In this document: in pieces, positions 50,464 through 62,164 of the stretch
How positions within the stretch are numbered: position 1 is the first letter of the stretch
Layout: every line of letters starts with the position of its first letter
Made by a program: the position numbers and the translations under genes
Notes under the pieces: model-generated
Told to the model about the DNA's origin: nothing
The model's database searches: none
The model's input: the letters and a program-made list of their open reading frames with translations, nothing else
Assembly: GCA_023515725.1 (NCBI GenBank)
Contig: JALDTO010000200.1
Span: 124,001-188,000, forward strand
From: Amoeboaphelidium protococcarum X5
Lineage: Eukaryota > Fungi > Aphelidiomycota
DNA length: 64,000 nucleotides
Direction: 5' to 3'

Positions 50464-53006
50464 TCAAGGTAGAATTCTACAAAAATATAATGCCATATGG
50501 ATTGATGTTGGAATGAATGAAATTTACCTCTGTAAATACTTGGATTGATTCAGAAATACTATGCCACCTCTACGTTGCCAGTTGGCCAGACAGCGATCAA
50601 TTGCGTACTCTGAGATGTTTTACTTTCTCAAAAAGTCACGAACAGAGCCGGTGTTGACAGTCTGGCCGACTGCCACGCGTTTACGGAAGGCATCTTCGGC
50701 CGACTGAACCTCCTTCTTGAAGTCTCCCAGAAGCGACCCCTCACCGACTAGGTATCCGCTCTGAGTTGCAGCAAACGTGGAAACACGAAACAGTCTCAGA
50801 GCCTCATCAACATGCTGTTCCGATGCGACTGGTGCTAAACTCATCTTGGCTAGAGATTCCGTAATACGGATTATAGCTTCCAACTGACGGATAGTGATAG
50901 GGACTGAGGATCTTGCATTGGCTTCAGTTTCATACTTCTACACCTGCGAGCGAATTTCCACAAAGTGACTGGACAACTTCTCGGCAGCTTCTGCACTTAG
51001 ACGCGGTGCGCACTTTCTACAGTAATAGATATTAAATAGATTAATACGTTTAATTATAGTTATTGTATGTCTAAAATCTTACTGACGGCAATAAGCAATG
51101 TAACGCTTCATCGTCTTCAAGTCCATTTCTCCCTCTACAGCATCTGTAGGTGCACGATGTTCATGGACGCTCATCACATACTTGGCTAGAGCTTGATCAC
51201 GCTCCTCCGAGTGTTGATCACGAATAATATAGATCATATCGAATCTCGACAGAATGGTAGACTGAAAATCGATATTCTCTCCCGGAGTCTTCATGTCATC
51301 ATAACGTCCGAATACAGGATTGGCTGCAGCGAGGACAGAAGTTCTAGAGTTCAGGATGGTGGTGATTCCAGCCTTGGCAATAGAAATGGTTTGCTGCTCC
51401 ATAGCTTCATGGATAGCCACGCGATCCTCCTCTCTCATCTTGTCAAACTCATCAATACATACAACTCCACCATCTGCAAGGACCATCGCTCCCGCTTCCA
51501 AATAAAAGTCTCTGGTGGTGGAGTCTCTGATAATCGAGGCTGTGAGACCAGCGGCAGAACTACCTTGTCCGGAGGTATAGACACAGATTGGCGCCACTTT
51601 TTAGACAAATTTAAGCAGTTGAGACTTTGCAGTACCAGGATCACCGAGTAATAGAACATTGATGTCACCACGCAGACGAGCCCCGTCAGGCAAGATCTTC
51701 TTTGATCCGGCCATAAGCAAGCAAGCAATCGACTTTTTGATGTCATCATTTCCATAGATAGATGGAGCAATAGACTTGCTGAATACTTCATAAATATCTG
51801 GGCGACGGGCTAAATTGATGAAATCGTTCTCCTCATCGACAGTAAACTTGAATGAAGAAGCACGATTAGCACCATCTGCACATAACTCCAATCCAACAGC
51901 TCTCACATACGGACATCTTACTGAGTTCCCATCCTTGCCTTTCTACAAATCATGTAAAGATCAATGTATGAATGAGCGATACATTCTAACGAAAAAATCT
52001 TACGTTATTACCACGTTGAAAGACATCATAAACACCATTGATGGTGAGATGAGCGCCAGGGACAATCTAGTTGGTCAAGTAACGGTCAACAGTGACCAAC
52101 ATATGACGAGGCAGCTCACCGACCGGAACAGACTCTGGTGTTTCCTACAGTTTCAACACCTGCTAATCGACATATTTGCTCTTCTCATGATTAATGAGGT
52201 AAGGATCCATAGGACACTTCTTGGCGTCTCCTTCTCCAACACTACAAAGCGATACCAGTTATGATGTACGTTTACAAGTAAGAACTTGATATTGATGAAG
52301 TAAATTACTTTTCACACTTGCGGGGTACTTAAACACCGGCAAAGCCCTTCTTGACACGAATCGTCTTCTCATGACGGCAACCTCTGCAGTACAGAGACAA
52401 TAGAATAGCTCTAGCAGATGGTGTAGACGCGGAACTAACAATTCCTTCAACCTTGACCAGCTTTGAAATCTGATTAGACTACACATAGGACGGTATAAAA
52501 CATGATATTGATGACTTCCACTCAGTAGGAACGTAGAAATACCGTGATGGAGCGCATTGGAGTAACATTGGCTCTAGACTTCAAGAACAGTTAAATTTCT
52601 GGAATAGAATCCAGAGCAATATCTTGATCATGGTGCAACTACTTAGCTAGCTATCTTGCCGCATTTTCAAACCAAGGCATGATCTCGTTTGGACGTTGTT
52701 GAACACTCTCGCAAAGCTCCGGCTCCACATTCATCAAGTGCGTCAAATCCACAGTCAATGAGTATTCTGGTATCAGCAGATTGCTTCTCAACTAGTTTCT
52801 ACAAAAGTAACTTAGACAATGTGAAGTTACTCATAGATTGCAATGACACTACAAAGAGCAACGTACCTGTAAATGAAAGAGTTATCTTCCATGTACTCTC
52901 GTAAAAAGTTTAGAAATTTAGCCTCAGTCTACTTTTGAACATCATCTTGAGGTCTTTACGCAGGACCTGCCGTAAAAGTTATACTACCAATATCCCAGTC
53001 AGCCAT
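50464..53006 (-). CDS. MCM5: DNA replication licensing factor Mcm5; introns 52799-52866, 52479-52542, 51943-52003, 51017-51082, 50477-50527
   Basis: [78 protein letters not shown]. Confidence 0.96.
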
Positions 53007-53120
53007 AATATATAAATGAAGTATGCGGTATGCTTGCTAGTAGTAATCGAGTGAGTTCTCTCTGTTTCAAGTCTAAAGAGATCCAACGCGCGACTTCGTT
53101 AGAGAAGTACATTTCCTGAA

Positions 53121-53126
53121 ACGCGT
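53121..53126. promoter_or_regulatory. MCB-like ACGCGT element upstream of MCM5 (second CGCG motif at 53086-53093)
   Basis: ACGCGT about 115 bp upstream of the MCM5 ATG. MCB elements drive G1/S genes in fungi. Confidence 0.4.
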
Positions 53127-53665
53127 CGTTTTAAAACAGACCGACTGTTCTGCCTAATCCTTCGTTCAGTTTAAATCAACGGTCTGATAAAAGTTCATGC
53201 CTTGAAAATACCCTAAAATTATTATTTTTCTTGTGTCCTGACGATGAAATATTGTGAATGATTTACTGCTGAGATGAATTTTTGTCTACGTAATCGCAGG
53301 GACATTTTTGTGCTTGAGACAGATAACGTGATGAAGAATCAATCAAGAGAAATGCAATTTGAATTAAAGAGACTAAGAACAACAAAAGCATGAATTTGTG
53401 AATGGTTAACATCTGGCACTTATCGCATACTGTACAGTTTTAAACACTCACTGAATCACCTGGTTGCTTCAGCACGAACAAGAGAAGAACAAGCGAGCCG
53501 GAATGAAAAGAGGCGATCTTCTTTCATCGAACAGTCAGTCAGTCAGTCAGCGATTAGCGCCCGCTTGAGACTTTTTATCGTCGTTTCTCTCTTTCTCCAT
53601 TTCATTCATTTCAAGTTTATCGCGGTGGGAAGCATCGCTCAGCTGTAATTACTAGTCTTCTTCGT

Positions 53666-53684
53666 TGTGTGTGTGTGTGTGTGT
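53666..53684. repeat. (GT)n microsatellite upstream of the PP2A-B' gene
   Basis: Visible gtgtgt run. Confidence 0.8.
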
Positions 53685-53815
53685 AAATAGCTGTATATAC
53701 TGTTGTGGTAACATTTTAATTGTTTAAGGCAATTTGTGCAATTTGTTTCATCATTTCGTATTAATAGATTGTTGTTTTTTGTGTTAATAACTGACTGATT
53801 GATTATTAGCTGGTC

Positions 53816-55933
53816 ATGAAATCTGCTATGGACAATACCAAGTCTGCTGCTGTAAGTGTTTATATATCCTGACAGTCCATCTGTAATGCATTGTTATTTA
53901 TTTTATTATTGCTTGTTAAGGAAGTGTAGACCCCGCCGAAAATTCCGACACCAGAATTGAGAAAGGATGTTGATGCATTAGCGCTGAGTGCAACTCAGTT
54001 GAGAAAGGATGATAGCAATGTAAGAGTTGTAGTATTTGTGTATCATTATCACAGTTTTCATGTATATAAAGTGTAGAGTATGAATATTGACTCTCCAGCA
54101 GTTGCCTCTCCGACTTCTACGTCGTTGCTTCATGGGAAAGAGGTGCCCAAGAGTGGTCCACTGTCAAGATTGAAGAATGCGGCCAAAGATACTATCCCCA
54201 TTAGTAAGACACCTAGACGTTAGAGATCATCCAGATTCCATGTCACGGAGAGAGTGGAATTGGAGAAGCTGCCCGGATTCAAGGATGTCTTGGCCACTGA
54301 GCGCTAAGATCTGCTTATAAAGAAACTAATCTAGTGTTGTACCATATTCGACTTTACGGATTCCATGTCTGACTTGAAGGGGAAGGAGATTAAGCGATAG
54401 ACACTTTCAGAGATGGTGGAATACATTTCGAACAATAGAGGTGTTATTACTGAGCCTATTTATCCTGAGGTGATCAAGATGTTCAGTTAGAATGTATTTC
54501 GAACCATTCCGCCGCAGATGAATCCTTCTGGTGATGCATTTGATCCGGAAGAGGATGAGCCAGTATTGGAACTCGGATGGCCTCACCTGTCTATTGTGTA
54601 TGAATTCTTCTTGCGCTTTATTGAATCTGGCGACTTTAATACCAACATTGCAAAGAAGTACATTGACTAGCGATTTGTATTGGAATTGTTGGAGCTTTTC
54701 GACAGTGAAGATCCGAGAGAGCGTGACTTTTTGAAGACTACGCTGCATCGTATCTATGGCAAGTTCTTGAACCTGAGAGCGTTCATCCGTAGATCCATTA
54801 ATAATGTCTTCTTCCATTTTATATATGAGAATGAGCGTCATAATGGTATTGCAGAGTTGTTGGAGATTCTTGGCAGTATTATCAATGGCTTTGCTTTGCC
54901 ACTTAAAGAGGAGCACAAGACTTTTCTGACCAAAGTGCTCATTCCTCTTCATAAAGCCAAGAGTCTTAGTCTGTATCATCCGCAGCTTGCTTATTGTATT
55001 GTGTAATTCTTGGAGAAGGACTCCGCCCTGACTAGTGAAGTTGTCCGCGGAATATTGCGCTACTGGCCAAAGGTGAACAGTCCAAAAGAGGTGATGTTTT
55101 TGAATGAGATTGAAGAGATTCTGGACATTATTGAACCGGGAGAGTTTTAGAAAGTTTCAGTGCCGTTGTTCTAGCAATTGTCCAGGTGTGTCTCTAGTCC
55201 TCATTTCCAAGTGGCTGAAAGGGCATTGTACTACTGGAACAATGAGTACATTGTGAATCTTATCGGCGAGAATGCTAATACTATTCTGCCGATAATTTTT
55301 GCCTCGCTGTACAGAAATTCGAAATCTCATTGGAATCGCACTATCCATGGTCTGGTGTATAATGCTCTGAAGCTGTTTATGGAGATTTCTCCCAAGCTTT
55401 TCGATGAGTGCACTAACAAGTACAAGGCTGCCAGGCAGAGCGATCGACAAAAGATCAAGTAGAGAGAAGATACTTGGCAGAAATTGGAGCAGGCTGCCAG
55501 TGAGAATGCTTCCAAATTGAAGACTCACATGCCTCATGTGGTGTAGACGTATAACGTTGCAGAGTAGCCTTTAAGTGCCGTGGATGCTGATGCAATGGAT
55601 GCTACTGGTGATGAGGTGAAGGATGATCATGAAAGTGAGACGTTGGATGTGCTGCAGAAGGAGATGGAGCAGTTTGATGATCGTCCAACGCCGCAGAGAT
55701 TCAGAAGAAAATCAGTCCTGCCTGTAGATGAGACTGTGCTGACCGAGCTCTCTAGACATAGATCTTTGGAAGATGTGTTGACCAATGGCTCTGGTGATAC
55801 CTCTATGGCCAGTGATTTGAGTAGCCCATTGTCGCCCGATGATTAGATTGTTGCGCAGACTACCGATCAATCTGGTCAGTCATAGTCTAAGGATCAACAG
55901 CAGGAGAAGTAAAAGTTGTAGTTATAATAATGA
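53816..55933 (+). CDS. RTS1: PP2A regulatory subunit B' (B56/Rts1); introns 53852-53929, 54020-54076
   Basis: [64 protein letters not shown]. Confidence 0.95.
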
Positions 55934-56066
55934 TTGTCGAATGCTAAATTCCATCTCTGATTTTCTTATTTCGCTTATGATTATTACGTTACTTCGTAAG
56001 TCGATATCTTTTTTTGGTTTGCAGATAACGCTTGGACAAGTCATTTACTAATCTAATCAGTCTATT

Positions 56067-56621
56067 ATGGATGTCGATGATTTACTTCCGCGACCTAAAG
56101 CAGACGCTTAGAGGACTGATATAAGAAATATCACCAATCGATCATATTCTATGAAGTCCTAGGAGAGACAGCCTCCTCTCAAAGATGATGATGATGCCGA
56201 TCCTCTCTATGATCCAAATTCAGATCTAATGGATGAATTGTGGCTCATATCAAAGTCTTAATCTTACCGATATGGCCCGGATGATAATTTTGTGTCAGAT
56301 GCTGTGCTTTAATGTCCTAATTGTTTAGCTATATTGTGTATAGACTGCTAGCGACACGTCAAGTATGAGGGATAGTACCGTGCAATGTTTGTGAACAATT
56401 GTCGCGTCAACTCTGATTAGATTGCCATCTTTGATTAAACTGGGTAAATTGTGTCTTTTTAGAAGGAGAATTTCGTTCGGTCATCCTAGCAGAATTAGGA
56501 TTTATTGGAAGTTTATCACCCAGTAGAGTGTGCTCAGTGCCAGTGCGAAGTTGCCTACATTGATGGTGATCAAGTCTTTCACTTTTGCAATGTTATTCCC
56601 CTCAACACCCGCCTGGAGTGA
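56067..56621 (+). CDS. EAPP: E2F-associated phosphoprotein (Eapp_C domain)
   Basis: LYDPNSD..DELW, SDAVLQCP.C...LCIDCQRH..Y..QYRAMFVNNC, YHPVEC..C..EVA..D.DQVFHF.NVI. Confidence 0.88.
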
Positions 56622-56722
56622 CTTTAAGGTATCAAGCTGTCTGATTCAAGATTGTTAAAAGTAAATTTAATTTATAAATAGTGTATTATAGATAAAGACT
56701 TTAAAGATGATCTACAATTTAA

Positions 56723-57895
56723 TCAAATCAATTCAGATACATTAAGTGGCATCTCATCAATCGTAGTCGCGTAGTAAGCCTCAATGTCGCGCAACATTTG
56801 AACCTCATCAGTTTTCACGAAATTGATAGCCACACCTTTACGCCCAAACCTGCCACTTCTACCAATACGATGGATATAGTTTTCGCGATTACCTGGCAGA
56901 TCATAGTTGATCACCAGCGATACCTATGACACATCAATACCACGCGCCCATACATCTGTAGTAATAAGTACGCGACTAGCACCAGATCTAAACTCCTTCA
57001 TCACAGCATCTCTGTCCTTCTGTGACATGTCGCCATGCATTGAGCTCACCGTGAAATTGCTCTCCTTCATCTTACCGCTGAGCCAGTCCACCTTGCGCCG
57101 AGTATTACAGAAAATCACCGCTTGTGTGATGGTCAGAGTATCATAGAGATCACAGAGTGTATCAAACTTCCACTCCTCCTTGTCAACTGCAATGAAGAAC
57201 TGCTTGATACCTTCAAGTGTCAATTCATCTCTTTTCACGAGCACCTGAACCGAATCAGTCATAAACTTTTACGATAGGTCCAGAATCTCTTGAGGCAGAG
57301 TAGCAGATACAATAACAACCTGAGTACTTGGTGGCAGGTGGCGATATATATCATAAATCTACTCCTTCAGACCGAGACTGAGTATTTCATCCGCTTCATC
57401 CAGAATGAGCATCTTCACATTCTTTGATCTAAAGTGACGTCTCCTGATCATATCCAACACTCTACCAGGTGTTCCGCTCACAATATGTTGACCCAACTCG
57501 AGCGACTTCAAATCTTATTACATGGATTGTCCACCAACACAGCAATGACACTTTACATTCATAAAATCACCCAATGCCGATATCACACTACTGCTCTGTA
57601 TGGCCAGTTCACGCGTAGGAGATAGTACCAACACTTGGATATCGCGCACCTTTACATCGACACGTCCTAGGGCACCAATACTAAATGTGGCAGTCTTTCC
57701 AGTGCCGCTCTATGCCTAGGCCACCACATCCCTACCCATCAGAATTGGCTTGATCGCCCTCTACTAAATCGCTGATGGTCTCTCGAAATTGTACGCATAG
57801 ATTCCCCTCAGCAGCTCCTAAGGCAGGCCCATACTCTCAAATGTCTTGCACACTTCCAAATCCCCAGAAAATTATGGCTCCTTATACTTTGACAT
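56723..57895 (-). CDS. FAL1: DEAD-box helicase eIF4A-III/Fal1
   Basis: [73 protein letters not shown]. Confidence 0.95.
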
Positions 57896-58058
57896 TATCG
57901 CTCCTAATTTACAATATTATAATTTCACAATTATAATTTTTTTACGCGTTGGAAGAGAAAATGAATGAACCCTTCTTAACCTTCTTTTACTTTAGCGAGG
58001 CCTTATCATTGACAATCTTTAATCATTTAACATAGAGGACCCGTTTTAGTATATAAAG

Positions 58059-59629
58059 ATGGACTAGATAAGAATATTGCATTAGGAGATTGATGTCTTG
58101 CAAGAGAAGATTTGCTCTCTGATAGGCTCTAAATGGAAAACGGTAAGCCTTAGTAGTATTGAATCTGTTTATAGCTGACTGGTTGACTATCTTATAGTCG
58201 TTTTATTTTGTAGTGGAGAGAGCGAATATTGAAAGAGACTGCAATATCAAAGTTCTTGAATAGCATCAGGCAAAAGAGTCTGCGTCTATTGGAATTGTAT
58301 GAGGATTTATAGTAGTAGACGGATGGAAATGGTGAGTTGCCCGACTTTAATCAATTACTGGCTCATCTACAATAGATCAAGTATGATTATAATCGGAATG
58401 GAGGTATAGTTCAATTGGCTCAAGAATTTCGCGTTCATATTGACTGGTAGAAGGAATTTGAATTATTAGGACAGTAATTTGATGAGATGGAGGTTTATGG
58501 AAAGTACGTTAATCTGCGGCCAGTGTATGATTAGTATCTATCGCTTGACTTTGCATAGCCTGAAGTAGGAGTGTAATACGTGTAGTTTATATCTGAATGT
58601 GATTAGATTATTAAAGGTGTAAGTAATAACTGCTAACAGTTGAAGATGGATGTAGAGTATAAAAAGTTTATCAAGATGTTCCACGACTATTTGACGGGAT
58701 ATCTCAGCAAGAGTAGACCACTATTGGATATCAATTCTATACTAGTTGATCGCTATAATTAGGAATTCCAAAATGGTATATAAAATTAAGTAGATTCTAT
58801 AGATTTTTCACTAGACCTGTATTGCTTTGCGTGTGCCAAAGTGTTTTCAAAGTAATCAGTTTATGATGGTCATTTGAAAGGTAAGAAGCATCAGCGAAAT
58901 GAGAAGCAATTTCTGATGGATAATACTTAAGAGGAGCTTGAGATGCTTCGATCTATTGAAGTTAAGAAGCGATAAGAGGACTTTAGATTGATACTCATGA
59001 TGGAGAGTGATGTTCTATAGATGCTTGAATACTTGAAAGATGTACGCGATAAAACTATCACATTCTTGGAACGCAAGTAGACTTTAACATTTGATGAACT
59101 GGCTAATATGATTGAAGAGGAGTTGAATGAATAAGTCGACTTGACATCGCCATCTTCTGCGTATCATTAGCTATATAATGGTTTCGGTAGTGATGATGAC
59201 CACGATGGTGAGAATAATCAGGATACGTAAGATCAGGATCATCAACACGACTTTTACAATCCTCTCAAGTTGCCACTTGGATGGGATGGCAAGCCAATTC
59301 CATTCTGGCTGTGGAAACTGCATGGTCTGAGATAGGAGTTCCCGTGCGAGATTTGCGGTGGATATGTGTATATGGGCAGACGGGCTTTTGAGCGGCACTT
59401 TTAAGACTGGCGACACTCTCACGGTATGCGATGTCTCGGCCTCCCCAATAATGCTCAATTCCATGAGATTACCAAGATTGCGGATGCGTTTGCTTTATGG
59501 AATAAGATCAAGTCTTCAGAGTAGAGTGCTGATTTTAAAGCTGATGAACTGGAAGAATTTGAAGATTAGTATGGTAATGTGTTCAACAAGAAGGTTTATC
59601 AAGATCTTAAGCGGTAAGGTCTGCTTTGA
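58059..59629 (+). CDS. SF3A3: U2 snRNP splicing factor SF3a60/Prp9; intron 58143-58213
   Basis: [67 protein letters not shown]...QDLKRQGLL then TGA. Confidence 0.96.
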
Positions 59630-59742
59630 TCTTTGAACTGTGATGTATAAGTGGAAGGTATCGAGATAAAGAGTGATAATTTAAAATTTCTGTATTCAAC
59701 AACTATTGTATGTATAATCATCTCTTGCCATACTCGGTGCTA

Positions 59743-61401
59743 TCATGAAATCATTTGGACACGCTATTACCCCCAAACTCTAATTGTGCAATCATCTGAC
59801 GCACTGGCAATCATGGAAGAGTTTTGAGGATTCCAACTTACACTGTTTACAGTAGAAGTGTGACCGCTTAGAGTCTCCAATAGCAGATTACGTTCCCAAT
59901 TCCAGATGTAAACATTATTATCTTCACTTCCACTGGCAACAAATTTCTAACCAGCACCACCAAAACAGGACCTTATCACGTACTTGCCCTATTTGTGACC
60001 AGTCAGCTTTGTCACTGATTACTCTTTCTGTAAATCCCAGATATGTATTTCTGAATTACTCAAATTAACAAGGATATAGCGATCATCATGCGACAGCTAC
60101 AGCGAAGTGAGAGCACTATTCTCTTCAATGACACGCTCACTCTTCTTCTCCATATCGTAGATACGAATTTTGTTCTCATGACACGCAGCCACCATAAACT
60201 TACCATCTCGAGTCAGTGCAAGATCTGATACTCTGGCTCCACTCCATCTTTGCAATTATCGCCCCTCGACATCCCACATTATTATGCTCTTATCCAGAGA
60301 TGATGACACAAATCGGCTGTTATCGCTAAACCACGCGCAGCTACTGATAGCATCTTAATTATTCTACAAGGTCCGAACACAGATACCAGTCTCAGTATTC
60401 CACAACTTCAACTTGACATCATTCCCACAGGTGAGCAGCATCTGATCATTGGGGGACCATGAGAGGAAACAGATTGCATCTTCATGTCCAGTCAAAGTGT
60501 GAACAGGCTACCACGACTAGGTGGACCATATGATACAAGTAGTATCTTTAGATGCACTGGCCAAATGTTTACCATCGTGACTGAATGCGACATACCAAAT
60601 TTCATCTGTATGTTCATTCAAAATAACATTGGTAGTCACAGGAAATTCATCTCTGGCACATTCATGATCTATAAAGAGAGAAACACCTTTCTACTGATCA
60701 ATGCTATTATGATACAGACACTTTGATACTTGGTACTGATTGGCTTAATCATACAAAATCTCCCACCTGCGTTGTGGTATAATCATTGTTGGATTAATTA
60801 AAGCTTATAACTCATCAAACAACTGCTACCTTGACACTTCACCCTTACCCATCCATCCAGACTTATCCTTCAAATCTTGAACAGATGAACACATGATCAG
60901 GGCGGATAACTGATGCAGACTGTCTTTATTATTGACTGCACCAGCCGCAGTTCCCCCAACATAATTAGCAACAGAGCTGGTAGATAGAGTGGCTATATCA
61001 TTACGGAGAACACTGAGAGCATCCTTCAGATTGCGCTCTTCCAGTAGCTCCAGGAAATTCTGCTTGTACATCAGAAACTTGAATTGATCAACATTAGCGG
61101 GATCCACCTTCAGCTCTTTCATCAAATCATTAGCCTATAGCCAGTCACCATTCAGAATAGCCAACCTAAACTTTCCAATAACATCAGTCTCACTCTTGAA
61201 ACCGCTCTCCTTCTCCAGAATCTTTACACTCTACTGGTAGCCAAGATCATTCAGACATTACAAGGCTAACCTGACCACCTGCTCTCTTTGAAACTAATTA
61301 CTGGAGCCGCATGTACCGTCTCCAATTCCTTCAAAATTACCACCATCCGTGACCATGGCCACATCCTCATTCTAATCTGATCTCGTCTTGCCCATTTCCA
61401 T
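59743..61401 (-). CDS. WDR26: WDR26/Gid7 (LisH/CTLH plus WD40, GID complex)
   Basis: [67 protein letters not shown]...FVASGSED. Start taken at the first in-frame ATG. Confidence 0.92.
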
Positions 61402-62164
61402 AGTCTACTAAAATGATGATGATTATGACAACCTCTACTCCTAGTCACAGTTCTCAAAAGTCCACTACTCAGACTTGAACTTTTTATGTAACGGCGGAAT
61501 CTTGAAATCAATGCCGTTTAACACTGCTGGATATAATTAAAGGGTGTTTTATGAACAAAGTGACAGGTCACCACCACCAGAATGATAATAACAGTTCAGA
61601 TTGACTAAGCGGGAATTGTTAGAGAGCGGCGTGATTGAGAGGATGAAGAACGAAAGAACTGACGACGAGGCGCGTCTCGCTAAAACTTGTTTTAGTTTCT
61701 ATATCTGGACATGTCTGAGATCAAAGTAGATACTGAGATTTAAGACTTGAAACAGAAAATGAAAAATTCATTTTGAAATTGTTCAATCTTCTTTTATTCT
61801 TGTTCTTGTCATTGTTGCTTCTTTGCTTTGCTTATGATATTGAAAGTCATTAGTCATTCATTACAAAGACAATGCTATATCAACACTTTTTGTTGAAAGC
61901 ACGCGTGATTCTTTTATTGTCTCAATTAAACTGCTATTTTATTCTACATATTCTGTATGAATTATAGTATTTTAGTACATAGATAAAATGAGAAAGCCTT
62001 GATAGGTGGAGCATGTTTGAGCTTTAAGTTACATGTCTATTTTTATCACAATCAATTGGTTGTCACATTGAAACAGATCAAGTTGACTTTAATCTGCTAA
62101 TTTTTGTTCGAAATTTGTAATATATATAGTCACTATCATATCATATTATATTAAAGAAAAGAAT

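Noticed and set aside
58619-58655. GTAAGT...TGTAG intron-like stretch in SF3A3
   Set aside because: The frame reads through without a stop, and removing 37 nt would cause a frameshift.
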